Positions 31,755 to 39,606 of a stretch of 39,606 nucleotides of DNA are shown here, one piece after another. The stretch comes from Halocafeteria seosinensis (lineage: Eukaryota): positions 1 to 39,606 of the forward strand of contig LVLI01000120.1 in the NCBI GenBank assembly GCA_001687465.1, written 5' to 3'. Made by a program: the position numbers and the translations under genes. Each line of letters opens with the position of its first letter. Positions within the stretch are counted from its first letter, which is position 1. Below the pieces are notes generated by a model. The model saw only the letters and a program-made list of their open reading frames with translations, was not told the DNA's origin and did not search any database.

Positions 31755-32477
31755 TTTGATGCTCCCATGCGTCCCCTTACTTACTACTAGGTAAATAATA
31801 ATAAAGACAGATAGAGAGTGAGAGAGAGAGAGAAAAGACGTAAAAGTGCTAGTATCTATAGTACTGGAGACGTCATAACAACAAATCTTTCGATTCTCAT
31901 GCACTGGTACTGCATTATGGAACCCTTACGGGGGGTTATGAGGGGGCCCAATGAGGAGGAGAGAGGAATCACGGTCCATGGAACACACAGTAATAGTGGT
32001 ACTGGATGAGCACTCAACACTATTCCGCTCCTTGCGCGTGGGAAGTTTAAATTACCGATGCTTGTGTGGCAGGGACAAGAATTCATGAAGATTGGATACC
32101 ACCGTTGTTGTGCTGGAACTATCATGATGTGGTACGTATTTTTTGTTGTTGCCGAAGTCTTTGATTTCTTATAACAAGGGCTCGCTGATGAATTCTTTCC
32201 GGAGTAGAAATCAACCGATTCAACTCAAACCGTTCCGACTTTGGCTAAGCACGACGGAGGGTTCAAACACACGCTGCTGAGCACTATAACTCAAGAAACC
32301 GAAATTGACTTCGAAAAGGGCCATTCGGAATGACCAGTCTAACTTAGCCAATGCCTCACAGAAAGCAGCACTGTTGCCCTCCTAGGCAATTTGGTTGCAA
32401 GAGCAGTTCATCAGTCCAGTGAGTTCATCCAGATTCGCTAGGCGTCAATTTGGAGCAAAGGTCCGAGGTGGCAAATT

Positions 32478-34430
32478 TCACCTCTCGCATAGGTCCACTT
32501 CCGCAAGGGAAACGGGAAACAGCTCGACACCCTTATCGTTTCCTTGGCTATCACTCCTCGGAGAGAGCATTCGCCAGAGCGCTGGCACCGGCATGGCAAG
32601 CTTACTATTGTCAATAGTCCAGCACTGCAAGGCTACGGTAAGACGGGGCAATAGCAAACCATAGTGAGCACAGCAAAGGACTATGCTATGCCAACATTCT
32701 GCGGTTTTCTTGTCCGTCAGTACAGACGAAATACCCGGACAATTCCATAATGGACGTTCGGTAAGCCGACGAAGCACTTTCGGAGGATCAGTATCGTAAG
32801 CAGAGGGTGGGCTGCATGATGTGAACTTTGCGCAATGCTTGGGCTTGGAACCTCTCTGGATACAGGCAACTTCTGCCGAATGAGGTCTGTGAATAACCAT
32901 AAAGCCCACAATAAGCACGTAGCCATCTAAAAGAGCTTTTTTATCCATCTTTGAAATCCTTTCAACTGGTTTTCGTCGCATCTTCTCTAGGACTTGCAGC
33001 CCGGCCCCAGATGAGCCAGAATACAAACTCTCATCATGGACATAAAGTGTAGGCATATCGGCAATGGCGAACTCACGGCGAGATTCCCCGTCCCAGGTTA
33101 CACCTTTATTGCTTGCGAGTACGACATCAACTTCATGATACACTTCATCGAATGCCGCTTTGAAGAAATGAATATCATGTTTTATCTCTATCGTTGGATC
33201 AGCAGAATCTTCCCATCTATCAGTATTAACTCCAGCTTGCAACACGGTAAGTTCGGAGGCGCACCTGTAGTTGGCAAAGAGTGGGAAACATTACATTATT
33301 AGATCCCACTACCTAGCGTATGACAACAAACCTGTATTTGATTAAGTCTGCAATGGAGATTAGCGGCAGTTTCAACTGGCGGGACCGTTGAATAAGTTGA
33401 GGTAGTCGAGACATAGTTCCGTCAGGTTCTTGGATTTCGCATAGATATCCTGCATTTCGTCCGGAGAACAATGCTGTGACAAGCCAGATACCAAGTCCAT
33501 GTTTTCTTTTTTCTCACCAGATGGATAATAGCCTGCGGCTATGGCCAGATCTACGGCTGCTTCCGTGTGTCCGCCTCGTACCTGCGGTACATCATCACGA
33601 AAGAATTGCAAACACAGCACCCTCCTTAGTACTTCCACGTCTCACTCACGAGTACTCCTCCTTCTCTATAAACAAGTGGGAAAACATGACCAGGTCTGGT
33701 GAAATCCGAGGAAACTACGGGAGATTGTCCAGGGGATGTGTGAGCTCCGCCAAGAGCCTTTATCGTAGTGGCACGATCATGAGCCGAGATTCCAGTTGTG
33801 GTGTTGTGCCTGAAATTCACGTATCGTTAAAGCGTTTGGATCGGAAGAAACTAACACGCAGCTGTCAAGCATACTTGTAGTCCACAGAGACAGTGAATGC
33901 TGTACGATGAGGATCAGTATTGCTAGGTACCATGGGAGGTAGATTCAGCTCTGACGCCCTGAAAACGGCATCATTACAATGAACATAGCAAAACTTCCTG
34001 AAGACAAGTTACGCCATTCTTCACTTACCGTTCCGCCGTCACTGAGCAGCAAATGAGACCGGTGCATTCTCGAACCATCATTGCCAAAGACTGCATTGTG
34101 TACGCGTCACTCACCAACTTCATCAACGACATGATGTCAGCTGCTTACCTCTTTCGTAGCAAGTTCCGAGGGCATGATCAAGTCGCCCTCATTCTCCCGA
34201 TCGAAATCATCCTGTTGAACACGATTCACCCTTGGAACTGAATAAAATGGCCATCACTTCCCATAATACGCACGTACCACTACAATGGCAAATGTGCCAC
34301 GGGTTCGGAAAGCTTCCAGCGCTTCCTCTATCGTACTCAGCTCCCCCTCTCCTTGAGGATCATGTTCACCGTTGAGCGTAAAATGCTGCGATGTCTCTGA
34401 AGGAGCATCCTGACGTGTATGGGCTTCCAT
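32478..34430 (-). CDS. ribB: 3,4-dihydroxy-2-butanone 4-phosphate synthase (RibB/RIB3) spliced to a divergent ~260-aa C-terminal domain; multi-exon, 3' end uncertain
   Basis: [59 protein letters not shown] and [15 protein letters not shown] intron joins KYR to [11 protein letters not shown]..., which is ORF 32478..33245. Confidence 0.88.
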
Positions 34431-35158
34431 AATGGACAAAGAGGCGTAAATTCCACGGAAGTACGGTCGCACAGCTCCTCTCTCACTCCCAACTACCTTT
34501 TCTTTCTCTCACTACCGCTGTCGGATCCCATGCAGAGAACAAAAATCCAAACAACCTACCGGAAAAAATTCGCATCCCTGACGTGTGTAGACGCTATATA
34601 CAGCGGCGAGATTCCGGAAACATCCCAACTTCACAAAAAAAGGTCCGTCGCGGAGCTTCACAAACCGTGGAGCGGAGAAGCGAAGGAAGCTTTAGTAACG
34701 TGGGAATTGAGTCGTCAAATGAATTCCGCTCACTACCTCCAGTAACACGCGACAGCATCGGTCGCGAAGGATAAAGACAAGGCAGTTTCCTCTTCCGCCA
34801 CTAAAGCTCCCAGGAACTCGTAATAATTCCACTGAAAAAGCAGAAGGCAGTCAGTGGCTCGGGACTCCGAGTCTGGAGTACGGCGATCCAAACATCAAAT
34901 GATAAGATGAGTGGAGGTCTCCATGTTGTGTGTGTGAGTGTGTGTGTGTAGTGGCCAGATGAATCAAGTCGAGCAACCCGAGCACGATGCAACTGACACA
35001 CGACGGTTAGAAGGTTTGTATTGTAGATACCTGGTATACATGTGATACGTGTATTTACTCAAGATGAACACATGTTTTTCAAAGCTCATGGATAACTCAC
35101 TTGGTTCATCTTAGGGCAGTGATGTATGAACACCCCAATCATTTGTATCCCTTCATAC

Positions 35159-38100
35159 TTAGAGACCGTACTGAAGGGAGAACGACTCATCCTCGAGTAC
35201 CACTGAACGCACAGGTCGAGCTCGAGCTCTAGTTCTTGACGCCAGCTTTTCATCTGAACTCGCGTTACTACTGCTCTCTTTCAGCAGCAGTTTAGTGTGT
35301 CTCCCGTTTTGAAGAAACGTTTCCAAACATGAGCAAGAAGCTTCCTCGGGTCCAGACAATCCGGTCCGCGGAGCCACCCGACTAAGTTTTCCATTTTCTT
35401 GGCAGTGTCGGACGAAATCTTTCCACACTTTTGCTTGTGACGATAGACACTGGGAATCCCCTATCACAATGAGTGCCCGCTTTGCTCGAGTAAGTGATAC
35501 ATTCATCCTCCGGGACTCTTTAACAAAACCGATATTGTTGATTAGCCTGTTGCTTTGTGCACCCTGCTTCCCGCCTTTACGACGAGAAGCTTCCTTCAAT
35601 TCAGAGCTTCTCACGGCAGAAATGATGACAATATCCTTTTCCTGACCTTGGAAGCTATCTACTGTATTTACACTAATCCGCTCACTTTTCCGATCACCGA
35701 TACTCTTCCGAAGCTCTTCCTTGATTGTATCCAGTTGCGCTCGGTACGGACTGATCACCCCTACGGTTCCAAAATCCATCTGGGGACAAAGGGTTGCTAA
35801 GTGTTTACAGACAGCAGCGACGATTTCTGCTTCCGCTGGATTTGACTTGGACAGATTATTATCTACGCAAAGCGAAGGTCCGATAGTATGAGAGTTACGG
35901 TGCACGTCAATCCAATGCAAGCCAGAGAAACATTCATGGTTCTCGTACTCCAGTTTCGCGCGATTCTGCACACTCAGTGCGTCTTTCAGAAGATTGTCAT
36001 AAAAGCGACTTTTGGGAAAGGCACTCAATCTAGGATCCATCCTATACTGTGTGTCGAGCAAGGAGACTGGAATACCGCTTCTTATGAGGCGCTCAAACAA
36101 GCTTTCCTTGTAGCCGGTTTCTTCTGCTTGCGTGGAAAATGTGGTTGCTTCTAGTTGTTGTGGGTCACCGATGAGAATGAGTTCCCTGCAGAAATAGCTT
36201 AAAGGAATGAGCGCTGAAGTTTCCGTGGCTTGACAAGCCTCATCGACAATGATAGCGTCAAAGCAAGAGCTATCCAGGAAGTCAATGTGAGACTTCGTCG
36301 AGGATGACAACGTGGTAGCAATGACATCAGCAGCGTCAATAATTTCCCGAGATAGCACATTTTCCAATTGCTTTCTGGTGGCAACCTCTTGCTGCATGCA
36401 AAGTATTCTCTGATCGTTGAATTCAATCTCTTTCTGCAGAGATTCTGCCTGTAGTTCGAGCTGCACACTAGAGCGGGTAGTTTGCATTAGCGCATCTATC
36501 TTTTTCCTGAGAGAATCTCCGTGGCTTATCAACGAGGATAGATCCTCTTCAACAGCCAAGGAAGGAAACTCTGCCTTCATGGCGCGCTCTACCTGTGCAT
36601 CTAGCGTTAAATCTTGCATATGTGGGTGGATCCTCTCTTCTCGTCCAACCCTGACAATACGGGGTTTCAACGGATCACCGTTACTATCCCACATCCCTAC
36701 AATGTCCTTCTGGCGCCCGTTGGACGGTTTGGCAACCATACGGCGGAGCAGTTCGTCAACTGCAGCATTGGAAGGAGCGCACACTAGCACGCGTCCACAT
36801 GGCCTCTGGTTGTTTAACTTTGGTCCCATTTGCACCCTTCTCTTTGCTTCATCAAGGACACTGGGGACTTCGCTTTCTTCCAAGTCTCTAGACTCAGTGG
36901 GGACTTCACCTTCTTCCAAGTCACTAAATCCGGCATCTGCTACTTCCAAACGTTCCGGTTTTCTATCTGTAACAGGACAGGCGGCAAGAATCAGGGAGAC
37001 AATGCCAAGGAGCGTCGACGTCTTGCCTGTTCCTGGTGGACCTTGAATCAGCGACACTCCAGATCCTGAGTGTTGCACCACATCGGAGGCCACACCACAC
37101 GTGCCTTCTTGCTTCCAGCTCGGGATGTAATTCGGAAAATCACGGGTGTCGTATATCTTACGACTTGGGCCATCGGCTTGGGGGCAACACCCTTCAGTAT
37201 GCACTGTGCACGTTTGCCGGGCACAATAGAGTATTGCGGCTAGTTGAGAGTCATTGTAGACAGCACTCAATCGCTGATACAGACCCTTGGTAATGCAGAT
37301 ATCCCTACTCTTGTCGTTTGGCAAGTAATTTATCTTCCCTGCGAAGAGCATATGGAATCTCAGTGTACTCACTCACTGAAAGCGCTTATCAATAGTAGCA
37401 TAACACTTACCTCGTTTCTTTATTCCTGGGATACGACAGTATATCATTTCCTTCTTGCATGTCAGTAAAGGACTAAAAAGGGAAACGGGGGATACGCAAG
37501 CTGCATTATACTCTCTTAGCAATGTCGTAAGATTTTGCAGTCGTATTGCAAGGAATCGTCGATCAGGTTTCATTTCTCGCATGGCAATAGCCGCTGAGTC
37601 GAACCACCTGGCAGATTCAGAGTTCGATACCATGGGTAGCTCTGAAGGCTGCATCGCCTTCAGCGAAGAGACTGGACCAGTGTTGGCTCCCAACGATGAT
37701 AGTCTCTCTTGTGGGGAAGATTCCACGACTGCGAGGAAACAGCATCTCGCGTATGACCTCGAGGCATCAGAAGACTCGAGATTCGGAAAAACCAGAACCA
37801 CATCATTATATCTCAGCAGTAGATCCTCGTCATCAGTTCTCCCCTCACGATACCTGAATGGTGCTTTGAAGAAGTCACTGGAATCCGAGCTGTCTGAACT
37901 AAGGACTTGGCAATGATAGACATCATCCACTGCACGACGTGGTGGATTGTAGAAGCGGTCCGTTGGCTTCTTGTGCGCTGAGAAAGTGTCCTTGAACGAA
38001 ACCTCCAGTTTCATCGACAGCTTTTCCAAAGAACCTTGTAGAATTGCGCGTGCTTCTTCCAGCAAGATTGAGCACTTATGGGCAACATACAAAGCCATGG

Positions 38101-38530
38101 ACTGTTGGGCCAATTCTGGATGCGGCATTGCGTTCGGTAGCCCTGTAGGCGTATTCAGGTAATCGAATACACGTATGTCTTTTGACGGCTTTCCTTTGGG
38201 AGAAGGTTTCAAGATCCATGGCAGAGGCATAGCGAGAAGACGCTTGAGAAAGGGTTTTTCACTTGTTTTGAGCGCCAAATTACCTCCTTTATGCAGTTTG
38301 GGGCGCTCGAGTCGGCGGAGGAACTCTGGCAGATGTCTACTGGGGTCAGGTAAGGTACCCCATGCATCTTGATACCAATTAGAGCCAGTCACACTGGCAC
38401 TATCGTAGAATCTCTCAGATAGCCCATCTACGCTGTCATCCAAGACAGACACAGGCTGTCCAGATTTGCGCGCCCGCGTTGGTCTTTTGCGGGTCGGCGC
38501 TGCGCCGCGGCGGCGGCGTTGTTTTGACAT
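35159..38530 (-). CDS. SEN1: Sen1/senataxin-like (Upf1-family SF1) RNA/DNA helicase; 72-nt intron 37339-37410
   Basis: LIQGPPGTGKT, VLVCAPSNAAVDEL, IVDEACQ, IGDPQQL, SLFERL, TQYRM, ISPYRAQ, TVDSFQGQEKD and RMNVSLTRAK. The GTAAGT..CGCAG intron removes the stop between the two ORFs. Confidence 0.9.
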
Positions 38531-39098
38531 GCTTACGTCTATACAGCAACTTGATTCAAGTGAACTCTTGATCTGCTTTCTTCCTGATAGAATGTACTAT
38601 TACTTGAACAAGATTGGCAAACCTATGCTTCGAAATACTTGTAACATACTGGCTGTGTGGGCTGTCAAGCAAATTGCGCGCCCCGCGCGCGCTTTTGACG
38701 GCGATTTGAATCCAGGCTGCCTACAGCGTTGTTTTAGTCCCTTATTCAATTGCTAGATGTTCACTCATTCTGAAGGAGTGCATTATGTTTCTTGCCTTCT
38801 TGTTTGTGGAAAGCCGCGATGGGCGGCCGTTGCCATTAAAGAAACTGTATCGCTATGAAACCGACGCGTTACCCCAGTACAGTACAGTACAAGTTGTGAA
38901 ACATCGCAAGACAAGAGGGGTTGCTTGCACCTATGTCTTGAGCAATCTGTAGCATCCCTAGATACGGTTTTGGTTTCCCTGTTTTTTGTCTGTTATATCC
39001 TTGCATACATGTATTTGCTGTTGCTAAGAAACTACAGTACACTACTACTACTGAACTGTCAAACTCAAATTCGTGCCTGGTATTGTCGATTGGCTGCA

Positions 39099-39581
39099 CA
39101 CACACACAAATGTGACAGATAGCCCACCGGCCGGGACACACCGGCTGCACAGTCACGGACTCCTTTCGAGTGAAGTGTACCTGCACACCATTAGTTGCCA
39201 TGACCCTGACAGTCCAGACCGATCCATCGGGACGGAAGCATATATTTCGTAGCAAAATGTCGATGCTTATTGCGTGCAAAGTCCTGCTGTCAGCTCGTGG
39301 TGGCGGAGAAAGCCCGTTCTACACAAACACATGACAACGGGACAGAGAATTGCTTAAGCGCACACAATGCTGGCTCATGGTATTCACTTCTCAATGCCTT
39401 CCAGTGGTTGATGAGACGCGGAACAATGGAAGCATGTTGATTGGTTCCGTCCCCATTGAAACTGAAGGTACTCAAACGTTTCATCACAATGCTCTTTGAA
39501 ACGATTACGGAGGAAAGTCAATAACCGTTCCTCGTGAAGAGGATGCGGTCAACTCCCCGGCCGGTGGGCTATCTGTCACAT
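39099..39581. mobile_element. Non-autonomous TIR element (~470 bp) with a hAT dimerisation-domain remnant, flanked by microsatellites
   Basis: Perfect 26-bp inverted repeats ATGTGACAGATAGCCCACCGGCCGGG at 39110-39135 and 39556-39581. Internal minus-strand NHWKALRSEY...FSVPLSCVCVERAFS. Confidence 0.82.
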
Positions 39582-39606
39582 ATATATATATATATGTGTA
39601 TATATG

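Noticed and set aside
37339..37410. Stop-codon readthrough or two separate genes at the helicase ORF junction
   Set aside because: A canonical 72-nt GTAAGT..CAG intron removes the TGA in frame.
3592..39136. A 35.5-kb giant transposon bounded by the 38-bp inverted repeats at 3592-3629 and 39099-39136
   Set aside because: There is no target-site duplication. Similarity of the 3.6-kb copy extends leftward and matches the subterminal region at 39524-39555, so the two ends face away from the interval. The interval also contains ordinary housekeeping genes.
1..39606. tRNA, rRNA or snRNA genes
   Set aside because: None could be recognised by eye; a covariance-model search would be needed to exclude them.

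Overview
This is eukaryotic DNA, most likely from a protist: the genes carry short GT-AG introns of about 60-80 nt and there are dinucleotide microsatellites. The window has two parts. The right part (~26.1-38.5 kb) holds housekeeping genes: HADH, two tandem PQ-loop transporters, a RibB/DHBP synthase with a divergent C-terminal extension, and a Sen1/senataxin-like helicase. The left part (1-26 kb) is an accessory, rearranged and largely intron-poor region. It contains a 5'-truncated CRE-like non-LTR retrotransposon (RT + restriction-like endonuclease + frameshifted C-terminal RNase H) abutting a decayed LRR gene, an aldo-keto reductase, and a secreted Gly-rich repeat protein with a prokaryote-like C-terminal domain. 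It also contains a ~2,220-aa signal peptide/TM-NACHT-ankyrin-18xLRR NLR-like gene split by one -1 frameshift, a hAT-like transposase with an altered catalytic Asp, and a duplicated segment that has been inverted and internally deleted. A 26-38 bp TIR family flanked by microsatellites occurs at 3.6 kb and 39.1-39.6 kb. All calls come from reading motifs by eye; no database searches were run.
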